This document shows positions 10,187 through 21,635 of a DNA stretch of 22,180 nt, piece by piece. Numbering within the stretch: the stretch's first letter is position 1; every line of letters starts with the position of its first letter. Below the pieces are notes generated by a model. It did not search any database. It worked only from the letters and a program-made list of their open reading frames with translations, and was not told the origin of the DNA. This stretch comes from Octopus sinensis (taxonomy: Eukaryota), in contig NW_021836984.1 in the NCBI RefSeq assembly GCF_006345805.1, positions 1 through 22,180 on the forward strand, given 5' to 3'. The position numbers were made by a program, and so were the translations under genes.

Positions 10187-10751
10187 TTGTGTTGTCCGGA
10201 AAGTTCGTGCCGATTCATAGTAGCTTACCTTTCGACTTATTTTAGAACATGGTTGAGTCCATAAAATAGGATTTGACTAGGCCTCCATTTAGAGCACAGT
10301 TTAAGCTATATTTACGTGGAAGAAGGTTTATGTTCCTATAACCTGAGTTAATTTTGTAAGCCTTTAAAATGGAAGATAAGAAAATTCATTTTCGGCATTT
10401 GATGCTTTGGGAACCAGAAAAAATTGTTGCAGCTCGACTGGGATGTGTTACCCCACCCTCCATATTCACCAAACATTGCTCCTTCGGATTTCCACTTATT
10501 CAGGCCTTTGCAGAATAGTCTTAATAGTAAAAATTTCAATTTCTTGGATGACGTAAAAAGATACCTAGATGAATTCTTTGCCATGAAATCACCTCAATTC
10601 TGGGAGGAGGGTATTTTCAACTTAAAGGAAAGATGGAGACGCGTTGTGCAACAAAATGGATCATATATAGTTAATTAAAAATGTAATGGCAAATGTTTAT
10701 TGACCTTTTTCTTTCCTTTAAAAATCGGCACGAACTTTCCGGACAACCCAA
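10187..10751 (+). mobile_element. Internally deleted mariner element (565 bp)
   Basis: TIRs TTG(T/G)GTTGTCCGGAAAGTTCGTGCCGATT and its complement; TA TSD at 10185-86 and 10752-53. Transposase N-terminus MEDKKIHFRHLML is joined out of frame to the C-terminus containing HPPYSPNIAPSDFHLF. Confidence 0.95.
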
Positions 10752-10978
10752 TACATTCAACGCCAAACTCCATAGTGGCCTTGCGATGTGGTCACCTATG
10801 TAGCGCAGACACATACTATGGTTCTGTTGTTCATGGACCAGAAGAAAGAAAAATGGAAATGATGATAGAGATAATTACGTTGATGGTGTTTATGATGATG
10901 ATGATTGTGACGCTGATGGAGACGGAGAAATAACGGGAAGAAGAAAATGAAAGAGGAAATAAAGAAGAGGGAGGAGGA

Positions 10979-11110
10979 GAAGAAGAAGAAGAAGAAGAAG
11001 AAGAAGAAGAAGAAGAAGAAGAAGAAGAAGAAGAAGAAGAAGAAGAAGAAGAAGAAGAAGAAGAAGAAGAAGAAGAAGAAGAAGAAGAAGAAGAAGAAGA
11101 AGAAGAAGAA
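10979..11110 (+). repeat. Pure (GAA)44, flanked by (GGA)n
   Basis: 132 uninterrupted nt counted. Confidence 0.97.
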
Positions 11111-11504
11111 GGAGGAGGAGGAGGAGGAGGAGGAAGAAGAAGAAGGGAGGAAGAAGAGATTTTTCGTTTTCGCTGATCAGTATCAATTATGTTGTCCAAC
11201 CATCATAGAAAAATATAAACACATAACCCACTATACACACCACACACTTTAGTAAGAAAGAAGGAAAGAAAGAAAGAAGGTAAGAAGGAAAGAATGAAAC
11301 GACTAAAGAAAGGAAGGAAGGAAAGAAGGGAGAAAGACAACAGTGTAATGTTCTGCAGCTGACAACGCGTGTTGAGACCTAAACTTCAATGTTTACACAC
11401 ACCTATGTATTTGAAGAAACCACACGGCTGAGCACATACTAAAGTGACCATGTATATACATAAATACAAACACACAGACACACGTATGCGTTTGTAAGCG
11501 TGCA

Positions 11505-11569
11505 TATCTATCTATCTATCTATCTATCGATCTATACCTATCGATCTATACCTATCTATCTATCTATAC

Positions 11570-11605
<36 letters not shown>

Positions 11606-11633
11606 ACCTATCTATCTATCTATCTATCTATAC

Positions 11634-11664
<31 letters not shown>

Positions 11665-11964
11665 ACACGATTTTCCTTTTTTTTCCTTTTTTTTCCTCCT
11701 CTCGATCCCTTTTGATCGCAACCTTACATTTTTATTTTTTTCCACCCTCGAAAAGAAAAGCTCTGCATTTGTATTGTCCCCTCTGTATTCAGCCCTGTGT
11801 GGCTAATAAAAGAAAGTTATCTATCTATCTATCTATCTATATCTATATATTTATGTCTATCTATCTATATCTATTTATCTGTCTCTCTCTCTCTATCTAT
11901 CTATATCTATATATCTATGTCTATCTGTCTACATCTATCTATCTATCTATGTATATCTGTCTAC

Positions 11965-12011
<47 letters not shown>

Positions 12012-12080
12012 CATCTATCTATCTATCTATCTATCTACCTATCTATCTATCTATCTATCTATCTACATGTATATATCTAT
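11505..12080. repeat. Two (TCTA)n arrays (~11505-11662 and ~11820-12080)
   Basis: Directly visible. Confidence 0.93.
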
Positions 12081-12414
12081 ATCTGTCTGTTTATATGCAT
12101 ACATCCACACCTATCTGTATGCGTGTCCCTGGTTTGTGAACTGTGTTTGATAAGCACATCCTATTATTTCAACAAGGAACACATTATTATAAGCTTTAAC
12201 CAACATCACGTAGCCAATTTCTCCATCAAGTCTTACGTGCGTTTCAGCTAATTCTCGGAGGCTTTTCAGCCCTGACTTTACAACGTTAAGCAGATATCAA
12301 CAAGAGCGTTTGTTTATATACGTAATGTTACTGCCTGTATTGCTTTATGAAATATATAAACACACATACATACACACAGACGCTACCGTCCCCACCACTG
12401 AAACACAAAGACAC

Positions 12415-12470
12415 ATATTATACATACATATATATATATATATATGCACATTTACACGCATATATATATT

Positions 12471-12502
<32 letters not shown>

Positions 12503-12602
12503 TATATATATATATATACACACACACACATATATATATATACACGCAATCACTTTATTAGCTATTATATGAACATCATTACAGGCTAATATCCGATGAG
12601 CG

Positions 12603-12657
<55 letters not shown>

Positions 12658-12988
12658 ATATATAAATATGTATGTGTGTGTGTGTGTATGTGTGTGTGCG
12701 TATATATATATATGAAATATTTACATATAATCATATGTATGTGTGTGTGTGTGTGTGTGCATATATATATATATGTATATATATGAATGTATTTACATAT
12801 AAGCATATATATATATATATATATACATACATACATATATATATGTGTGCGTGTGTGTATATATGTATGTATGTATACATATACATGCAGATAAGAATAT
12901 ATCAATGAACACATGCACATACACACAAACGTATACACCTATGTATGTATGTATGTATGTATGTATGTATGTATGTATGTGTGTATTG

Positions 12989-13019
<31 letters not shown>

Positions 13020-13625
13020 ATATTAGTGTGCACGTGTGTGAGTGTGTGTATTTATGCACACTCGGCCCAGCAGACACTCCATTACATATATACGCACAGA
13101 ACCACAAGCACGGTACCGTTGTCGTCTTAGTACTCAGATCGTCCACCATATTCTCTGCGCATGTTCCTCACGTCACATTATCTCTTTCTATCAAAGTTTG
13201 TTGATAGCTTGTTTGTTTAGTTTTCTCCTTTTATCACATCTTGCAGTCATCTTCTTTCCACGTTTAAATACATTTATGTCTTGTTTTCTTTCCGTCCAGC
13301 CTCCTTCTTTCACTCCACCATTCCTTCTCTTACATTTTATCGAACGATACTCTCTTGTAATCTCTTAATCCCAAAGGTTGGTCAGGAGATAATGTTAAAA
13401 AAAATACACACCACATATATAAATACGCACGCATACATAAATATGTATACACTCAGACACACAAACACACAGGCATACACACACGCGCGCGCGCATAGTG
13501 TACTTGGTAACGTACTTACAAATATATATGCGAAATCACATATGCGCGCGCAATGGCTCAGAGAAACACACAAGCATACAGACACACGCGAATGTATACA
13601 CACACACACACATATATATATATGC

Positions 13626-13670
<45 letters not shown>

Positions 13671-13720
13671 GAGACATATATATACATCTATATATATGCA
13701 TATATATATACATATATATG

Positions 13721-13758
<38 letters not shown>

Positions 13759-13894
13759 CTTATTTATGTATGTATTTATGTATATATATACTGTTGTGTC
13801 TGAGGAGAGTCATTTTCTTTTTGTACCTTATAATGTAACACACTCACCGGTAAAATTTCCACTTATTTCTTATTTTAATTTTTAAACGAAATAA

Positions 13895-13929
<35 letters not shown>

Positions 13930-13949
13930 CGTGTATGTATGTATGTATG

Positions 13950-13981
<32 letters not shown>

Positions 13982-14001
13982 TGTATGTATGTATGTATGT
14001 A
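12415..14001. repeat. Compound (TA)n/(TG)n/(TATG)n/(CA)n microsatellite blocks with unique spacers
   Basis: Directly visible. Confidence 0.9.
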
Positions 14002-14027
14002 CATTTATATGATATGAATATTATATA

Positions 14028-14309
14028 CACACTGCAGCCTTGGTTTACGAAGTGAATTTGTTACTGAACCCAGTGGTTCACCCGAAAAGTTCATAAACCG
14101 AAACTATTCTCCCCTTTACAAATTCCAGAGAAGGTATGGCTAATTTGAGCAGGGATTTGCAATGAATGAAAGCTAGGCGGCAACTGGTGTTCTCCCGCTA
14201 ATACTCCCAGCTTGTAGTTAACCGCTGTCATTCGGCTTGCGTGTTCGTTTCTCAAGACATCGTTCGTCACTCGAGACGTTTTATGTTCGAAACATTGTTC
14301 GTAAACCGA
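14028..14309. mobile_element. Degenerate Tigger/pogo-like MITE
   Basis: Inverted repeat TTGGTTTACGAA (14040-14051) / TTCGTAAACCGA (14298-14309), 11/12 match, resembling the inner part of Tigger-type TIRs; outer right TIR missing. Confidence 0.5.
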
Positions 14310-14335
14310 TTTATGCGTGATGTAGCTGCTATATT

Positions 14336-14876
14336 ATCACCTTCATCACCTTGACCGACCAGTCCATCGGGCGTCCGTTTGACACCGCTGGTCACAGCAC
14401 GCTGTCCACTCTTCTCTGGATCGCGCCTTTCTCATCCACACGATCCCAATCGTCCTCCTGTAATCGTAACTCCACCGTCGTGGAAGCCTTCCGGGTGGTC
14501 GTTTCCGCTCGCGCGGGTACCACTCGACAACTACTCGCGTCCACCGATTATCGGTGAGCCGGGCGACGTGTCCAGACCATCTAAACTTGCTGCGTGTATT
14601 CTCTGCGATGACATCCCTCACGCCGGACTTCTTTCTGATGATCTCGCTACTTATGTGCTCTCTCTCAACGAGATACCAAGCATTGACCTTTCCATGGCTC
14701 TTTGAGCCGTTACCAGTCTCTGCTCTTCTCTCTTTGTTGTAGCCCATGTTTCACTACCATATAACATTGCAGGTAGAACAGTACTGTTGATGAGGTTGGC
14801 GCGGGTGGTCCTGTCCAACCTTCCCTTGAGCACATCCCTTATGTCATTAAACGCCTTCCATCCGGCCCTTACTCTC
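14336..14876 (-). mobile_element. 5'-truncated RTE-clade LINE (ORF C-terminus) with target-site duplication
   Basis: RVRAGWKAFNDI...VLPAMLYGSETW...RAMERSMLGISLR/EHISSEIIRKKSG...RWSGHVARLTDNRWT...EWYPRERKRPPGR. One frameshift in a (GA)n run, tail (AGGTGATGA)-like, TSD CTATATT at 14329-14335 and 14877-14883. Confidence 0.92.
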
Positions 14877-15015
14877 CTATATTATATTATATATTATTAT
14901 ATTATAGCTTTATGAAATAACTAGATAATGTAGAACGAAGTACGTTATAGTCTAGAACCACTGTATTGGATAATGTTTTACTAAATACGCTACAACCGAG
15001 AAAATTGTTAAGTAA

Positions 15016-15308
15016 TCAGGATGGTCACAGATGTAAAGTCTTCGATTATAGATCTATTTGGTGACAGAGGCTTAAAGAACGAACATTAATGAAAGATCTT
15101 CGACATGGTCATTGGAAACTGCAGTAACATCTTCGTATCACAATGTACCGTCTTAAACAGTAATAATAAAGATACATTTGATGATGTAATCCTAGATACA
15201 TTATTCCTGCGTTAATAAAAAAAATTAAGAAATAAACAAGCGGGATGGTCGCGGCTGGAATGCCTTTGATCATAAATCTGTTTGATCAGAGCTGACATGG
15301 AGTTAAAC
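15016..15308 (+). mobile_element. Degenerate SINE-like repeat (family 3), 3' parts, possibly two tandem remnants
   Basis: GGGATGGTCGCGGCTGGAATGCCTTTGATCAT...GTTAAAC (15242-15308) matches the reverse complement of 18109-18175; a weaker echo lies at ~15016-15085. Confidence 0.6.
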
Positions 15309-15432
15309 CATTATTATAATAACTATAATAACAAGAGAAACACCAATAAATATTACGAAGAAAAAATACATTAAAATTTTTTTTAAATACCCATTATATG
15401 CTGAAGAACTATCGAAGATTACACAACCGCCA

Positions 15433-15534
15433 TAATAATAATAATATAATAATAATAATAATAATGAATAATAATGATAATGATAATAATAATAATGATA
15501 ATAATAATAATAATAATAATCATAATAATAATAA

Positions 15535-15568
<34 letters not shown>

Positions 15569-16214
15569 TAATAATAATAATGATGATGATGATGATGATG
15601 AAATTTCAACCTCATTACTGCAAGTATTACCAGAAACGTATCAACTGTAGCGACCTCATCTATTTCACCACCACCGCCACAACCACCACCGCCACCACCA
15701 CCACCACCACCACCTTCACTATCACCATTATCATGATGATGAAAAAAAAACGCCATTAACATCATAAGCAACAACAACAATGACAACATCAACAAGAACA
15801 GCAACAACAAGAATAACCAGAGTAATAACGCAAGCGTTACAAAATCAATGACTCTTAAAAACCGCCGAAACCGCAACAATAACACGAAAGTCCAAGGGTA
15901 TTAACCTCAAACATGCAGCCCTACCAACACCACGAAGCACCAACACGACCATCGCTACCATCGTAATCATCATTGCCATCATCATCACCGTCGTCATCAT
16001 CATAGTCGTCCTCATCATCAACATCATCATCGTTGTCATCATCAACATCATCATCGTTGTCATCATCATCATCAGCATCTTCGTTAAAATCACCACAAAT
16101 ACCAATGCCACCAGCATCACCACCAACAACAGTACCACCGTTCCTTTCACCCCCACCGCAACTAAATGCGCCATTCCTACCACGTCAACTACAAACGACA
16201 CCAGCATCACTGCT

Positions 16215-16281
<67 letters not shown>

Positions 16282-16331
16282 GCAACAATAACAACAATAA
16301 TAATAATAATAATAACAATAATAACAATAAC

Positions 16332-16374
<43 letters not shown>

Positions 16375-16440
16375 GCGACAACGAACAACAAAAACAACAA
16401 CAATGACATCAAAATCATCGGCGCTACCACCAGCCAACAA
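15433..16440. repeat. Trinucleotide arrays (AAT)n, (GAT)n, (CCA)n, (CAA)n, (CAT)n
   Basis: Directly visible; main (AAT)n blocks ~15433-15580 and 16217-16375. Confidence 0.92.
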
Positions 16441-17456
16441 CATCCCTGCTAATATCTCGAGCTTAGTTAGTAAAAATATTAAAAATTAAAAGAACAGTAA
16501 CAAAAATAGAACAATGAAAAAAGTATCTAAAATTACAATAACAAATAATAAAATAACAGGAACCAAAAAAAAATTAGCGAAGAAAAAATGAAAATGAAAC
16601 GACATTCGCCATTTTGATTTCACAGATCGCTTTTTAAGTTTTCCAACCTCACCGTCCATTTTTTTCTCTCTGTTTTGTTTTGTTTTTGTTCTTCGTTTTT
16701 TTCTCCGCAATTTAATGAATTTTGCTGTATCATTAAGTTTAACAGTGATGCACGCTCTAATAATTACGGCACATGCTGTGTTGATTGGTTGGTTGGTTGG
16801 CTGGTTGAACTGGATTGTGTAGTTATGTATTACGTATGTATACGTGTACGCATTGTATGCGTAATTGTGTGCTTGTGTAAATATTTGGGCATACACTTAT
16901 TTCTATATCCATGCGTATGTGTATGCCTGTATGTATATAATCGTACGTGTGTTTATGTATTCATTTCCCATAGTCTATGCATGCGTGTATCTATGTAGAT
17001 ATGTACGCATATACATATGTGTAAATGAAGATATACTTACGTATGTGTGTCAGTCTGTGTGTTTGTGTGTCTGTATAGACAAGTATGCATGCATGTTTGC
17101 GTACTACAATGTGTCCGAAAGAAAGTTTTGGAATGTATGTAATTTGCATGGTGCGCGTGCGTATGAGAATGGTTATTTTGTGTTTAATATATTTTCGTTT
17201 TTCGTGATCTTAGTGTCCACAATGGTTTTGAGGGTGGCGACTGAGTGGTTCGTTGGTCGGTTGAAAGAAGAGATTGGTGCAGCTGCATGTAAGTATGCAG
17301 GCATGCATATATGGCCACATTCATGTATGTAAACATGTATGCAGGAATAAGAGTATGTATGCGTGTGTATACGTGTATATGTATGTGCGTGTCCATGTAC
17401 ACGTGATGTAATTTTCCCTGTTTGGTGTTTCTTGGTTGAGTGGTTGTGACTGAAAG

Positions 17457-17775
17457 GATGATGATGATGTTGATGGTGGTGGTGGCGATGGTGATGATGA
17501 TGATGATGGTGGTGGTGATGGTGGTGGTGATGAAGATGATGATGATGATGATGAAGATGATGATGATGATAGTGATCATGACGATGATAGTGATGATGAT
17601 GATGACGATGATGCTGCCGATGATAATGGTGATGATGATGGTGGTGATAATGAGGATAATGACGGTGATGGTGATGATGATGGTGGTGGTGATGGTGATG
17701 ATGATGACGACGACGATGACGGTGATGGTGGTGATGATGATGATGATGATGATGTTGATGATGTCGACGACGATG
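17457..17775. repeat. (GAT/GGT/GAC)n compound trinucleotide array
   Basis: Directly visible. Confidence 0.93.
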
Positions 17776-18108
17776 AAGGCAGTTGTTGATTAATATTGTT
17801 TGCGTCTATTGTTGTTATTGTAGCTGCATTCATTCTGTTTGTGGTATTGGTAGTGGTGATGGTGGTAGTGTTGTTGTTGTTGATGGTGGCTGCGGTGGCG
17901 GCGGCGGTGTCGATGCTGGGTTGTTTTGTTGAATGAATGGCGGCTGTTTGTAATTTGTGGTTTGCGAAGCTGGTCGTAATAGTGTTGGAGATGATTTAGA
18001 ATTACACAAGGGTGACATTGAAATGCTGGTTGATCTTTGTTGGGGTTAGTATAAGGGTTAGAGTTAGGGGAAGACGGTATCGGTGCTGATAATGCTATTT
18101 GCATTGCT

Positions 18109-18290
18109 GTTTAACCCCGTAGCAATTCTGGTCGAACAGACATATGATCAATGGCATTCCAGCCGCGACTATCCCTTTTTTCTCCTATATAGGAACCCAG
18201 GACTACATTACGTAAGAGGATAGTATATCATTTAAGAGGAATTTGTGTGCTGCTGCTATTTCTAGCAGGCAAGTGGCCACATAGTTGTTC
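18109..18290 (-). mobile_element. Degenerate family-3 SINE-like repeat
   Basis: Reverse-complement similarity to 15242-15308; GCTATTTCTAG motif shared with 19003-19013. Confidence 0.6.
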
Positions 18291-18309
18291 TATCAAGGGC
18301 GCGTTGTTA

Positions 18310-18726
18310 TTCTATTCTTTTACTTGTTTCAGTCATTTGACAGCGGCCATGCTGGAGCACCGTCTTAAAGGTGTTTTAGTCGATTAAATCGACTCTAGGA
18401 CTTATTCATTGTAAGCCTAGTACTTATTCTATCGGTCTCTTTTACCGAACCGCTATTTTACAGTGCATAAACACTTCAACATGGTTGTTAAGCGATGGGA
18501 CAGGGGTGGAGGGGACAAATTCAAACTCAAAGACACACATAAATATGTACATATACATATATACGACAGGCTTCTTTCAGTTTCCGTCTACCAAATCCAC
18601 TCACAAGGCTTTGGTCGGCCCGAGGCTATAGTAGAAGATACTTGCCCAAGGTGTCACGCAGTGGGACTGAACCGGGAACCATGTGGTTGGTAAGCAAGCT
18701 ACTTACCACACAGCCACTCCTGCGCC
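18310..18726 (-). mobile_element. Full-length family-1 tRNA-derived CORE-like SINE (~417 bp)
   Basis: A-box TGGCTGTGTGG (18706-18716), B-box GGTTCAGTCCC (18663-18673), CORE-like CCTTGGGCAAGT (18640-18651), LINE-like 3' tail (18325-18364) and A-rich end. Confidence 0.92.
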
Positions 18727-18770
18727 GTAATGCACCTTTTCCTTATTTATGACTATAGGGTGTGATTTAA

Positions 18771-18985
18771 TATCTTAGCATTTAAACCGGATATATCCGG
18801 TCCAAATATTCTACCTTATTATGTTCAAACCAGCCAGATTAAGCCTCTTACACCTACCCTACAATGTCATCCTAAAAATGGTTGATCACATTATCGAAAT
18901 CTCAAAGATGCTAGATGATGCAGGAATAATTAAAAACAATGTGAATAAATATTACATCTGACAGAATAATTTGAATACTAAAGGA
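18771..18985. mobile_element. Degenerate piggyBac-like (TTAA) MITE nested in a family-3 SINE remnant
   Basis: TTAA at 18767-18770; degenerate inverted ends ...TTAGCATT / AATACTAAAGG...; right flank TTCAA. Family recognition is partly from memory. Confidence 0.45.
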
Positions 18986-19080
18986 TTCAAAAAAATTTGA
19001 CTGCTATTTCTAGCTGACACCGCGTATAGACTCTCCTACGGACTAGTATTGTTATTAATGGTGGATGGTGACGATTACTA

Positions 19081-19646
19081 TTGGGTTGTCCGGAAAGTTC
19101 GTGCCGACTTTTAAAGGAAAGAAGACGGTCAATAGATACTTGCCATTACATTTTTAATCAACCAAATATGAACCTTTTTGTTGCACAATGCGTCTCCATC
19201 TTTACTTTAACTTGAAAATACCTTCTTCCCAGAATTGAGGGGGTTTCATGGCAAAGAATTGATCAATGTATCTTTCTACGTCATCCAAGGAATTGAAATC
19301 TTTACCAGTATGACTATTCTGCAGAAACCTGAATAAGTGGAAATCCGAAGGAGCAATATCTGGTGAATGTGGAGGGTGGGGTAACAGATACCAGCCGAGC
19401 TGCAGCAATTTTTTCCCGGTTTCAAAAGCATCAAGTGCCAAAAATGGACTTCCTTATCTTCCATTTTAAAGGCTTACAAAATGAACACGGGTTATAGGAA
19501 CATAAACCTTCTTCCACGAAAAGATAGCTTAAACTGTGCTCTAAATGGAGGTGTAGTCAAATCCTATTTTATGGACTCAACCATGTTCTAAATTAAGTCG
19601 AAAGGCAAGCTACTATAAATCGGCACGAACTTTCCGGACAACCCAA
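19081..19646 (-). mobile_element. Internally deleted mariner element (566 bp), same family as 10187-10751
   Basis: TIRs TTGGGTTGTCCGGAAAGTTCGTGCCGA; TA TSD at 19079-80 and 19647-48; HPPHSPDIAPSDFHLF motif; same deletion junction. Confidence 0.95.
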
Positions 19647-20073
19647 TATTACAGCTATAGTACTAGCAATGATTACGACAGAGGCAAGAATGGTTTCAAT
19701 GATAGAAAGTGGTTTATGTTTTGATGCTATGAATGATGTTCCGTTGTTTAATGCCAAAACGAAATGTTGTTCGCTTTGTTAGACTTCGCTTTCATTCAAT
19801 GATAATTATCTGAAATTCGAATTCCGTCAGTCCCAAATGTTCCATTTATTAATTAACAAATACATCGATGAAATAAGTGCCAGCCGTGCATTTAGCTCTA
19901 TTTAATGATATGCACTCGTAGGCATTGGTAATACTTTCCTCGTTCAATCGATGCTTTGATTTCCAATCTCGTCGATGTCAATTCCAACTTTCATAATATA
20001 GGGGCTGATAAATAAACTACATGAAAGTATTATTATTATTATTATTATTATTATATTTATTATTATTATTTTC

Positions 20074-20246
20074 CGTTAGCACGCCGGGCGAAATGCGTAG
20101 CCGTATTTCGTTTGCTGTTACGTTCTGAGTTCAAATTCCGCCGAGGTCGTCTTTGCCTTTCATCCTTTCGGGGTCGATAAATTAAGTACCAGTTGCGTAC
20201 TGGGGTCGATGTGATCGATTAGTTCCCTCTACACAAATTTCAGGCC

Positions 20247-20248
<2 letters not shown>
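20074..20248 (+). mobile_element. Family-2 SINE (5' few bases missing), between (ATT)n arrays
   Basis: CGTTAGCACGCCGGGCGAAATGC...GAGTTCAAATTCCGCCGAGGTCG...CTGGGGTCGATG. Confidence 0.9.
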
Positions 20249-20304
<56 letters not shown>

Positions 20305-20332
20305 CATCATCATTATCATTATTATTATCATC

Positions 20333-20381
<49 letters not shown>
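20248..20381. repeat. (ATT)n/(ATC)n microsatellite
   Basis: Directly visible. Confidence 0.95.
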
Positions 20382-20383
<2 letters not shown>

Positions 20384-20519
20384 TTTCCTTCTTTCTTCAA
20401 ATTTTTCTTCCATTTCTCAACGTGTGTTTTCTGTACATTGTATGCTTTCGCAGATTACAAACGCAAATTCACAGATAAAATAAATATAAAAAAATAAATA
20501 AATAAATAAATTCATGAAT

Positions 20520-20657
20520 AGGTGTTGTTTTCACAGCGATAATGCTCTTCCCAGTGTACATGAGTCGTTCCAGTCACCACAATTTTTAGCACTTCCTGTA
20601 GGGATGGTAAGCCTGGTATCATTTTCAAATAGGTTTCAGTACTTTTTTCCCACTCTA
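20520..20657 (-). mobile_element. 3'-terminal fragment of an R4/Dong-like LINE (subfamily B)
   Basis: KSTETYLKMIPGLPSLQEVLKIVVTGTTHV / LGRALSL* with one frameshift; resembles the R4/Dong ORF-end motif QK..L.GTA.IL...L. Confidence 0.65.
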
Positions 20658-20658
20658 C

Positions 20659-20719
<61 letters not shown>
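20659..20719. repeat. (ATT)~20; tail of the adjacent Dong-like element
   Basis: Directly visible. Confidence 0.95.
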
Positions 20720-20722
<3 letters not shown>

Positions 20723-20937
20723 TAGTTTTATTTTCATAGCGTGCTTTCACTTCACTACCGAGCGCAGCTCTGTGTGCCTTGGGTATGTGCTGTGATTTGT
20801 TGTGATGCTCTGATGGTTATTGTATGGAAATTGTTCTGCGTAGGATGTGTGCAGTGCCTAGCAGTGCAATTTTCTGTATGTTATATATATTTGTAAGTCC
20901 TGGTGTTTTTGTTATGTGTTTGTCTGAATATTTTTTT
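20720..20937 (-). mobile_element. 3'-terminal fragment of an R4/Dong-like LINE (subfamily A) with 3' UTR
   Basis: KYSDKHITKTPGLTNIYNIQKIALLGTAHILRRTISIQ* (stop at 20817-20819), ~97 nt UTR, (AAT)n on both sides. Confidence 0.8.
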
Positions 20938-20939
20938 AT

Positions 20940-21151
20940 AATTATTATTATCATTATTATTATTATTATTGTTGTTGTTGTTGTTGTTATTGTTGATATT
21001 ATTAATATTTATTGTTGTAGTAGTTGTAGTAGTAGTATTAGCAGCAACAGTGTTAGTAGTAGTAGCAGCGGTAGCAACAACAGCAGCAGTAGCAGTAGTA
21101 GTAGCGGTAGTGGTAGTGGTAGTAGTAGTAGTGGCAACAGCAGCCGTAGTT

Positions 21152-21190
<39 letters not shown>

Positions 21191-21298
21191 GTAGTAGTAT
21201 AGTAGTAGTAAGAAGTAGTAGTAGTAGTATTAGTATTAGTAGTCGTAGTAGTCGTAGTAGTAGTAGTCGTAGTAGTAGTAGTCGTAGTAGTAGTAGTA
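20940..21298. repeat. (ATT)n(GTT)n(GTA/GCA)n compound trinucleotide array
   Basis: Directly visible. Confidence 0.93.
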
Positions 21299-21494
21299 AA
21301 CGACTCCTCATCGATCCCAAACGACACTAAATCCACAATAGCGACGTAAACACCATAGCTACTGCTGCGGCCTCCTCTAATCGTTTGCAAAAAGGAAACA
21401 GAAACGAGAGATTTCGAATACACAAGAGAAAACCAGCAGAGCAACTCACCAACTCAACAACTGGAACGAAAATGACACCGACTGAATACACAAC

Positions 21495-21635
21495 GCCACC
21501 ACCAACACCAACACCACCAGCATCACTGCCACCACCACCACCACCACCACCCACCTCCGCCGCCAGCACCATCACCATCACCACCAGTACCGAGCCACCA
21601 CCGCCTCCACCACCACCATCACCACCACCACCATC
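21495..21635. repeat. (CCA)n-rich low-complexity tract
   Basis: Directly visible. Confidence 0.85.

Noticed and set aside
10055-10850. Short open frames spanning the mariner site after in-silico excision
   Set aside because: Under 60 aa, unrecognisable, present in several frames; likely chance.
12248-12321. Possible 74-nt exon (TTTCAG acceptor, GTAATG donor; NSRRLFSPDFTTLSRYQQERLFIY)
   Set aside because: No recognisable homology; such signals arise by chance in AT-rich DNA. Needs RNA-seq junction evidence.
14635-14670. CTGATGA followed by a TCTCG/CGAGA stem (second hammerhead candidate)
   Set aside because: No GAAA after the stem; it is the antisense strand of RTE coding sequence.
18041-18070. 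GGGTTAG motifs resembling telomere repeats
   Set aside because: Only two or three degenerate units in low-complexity DNA.
19890-20020. Faint family-2 SINE similarity
   Set aside because: Too degenerate to delimit by eye.
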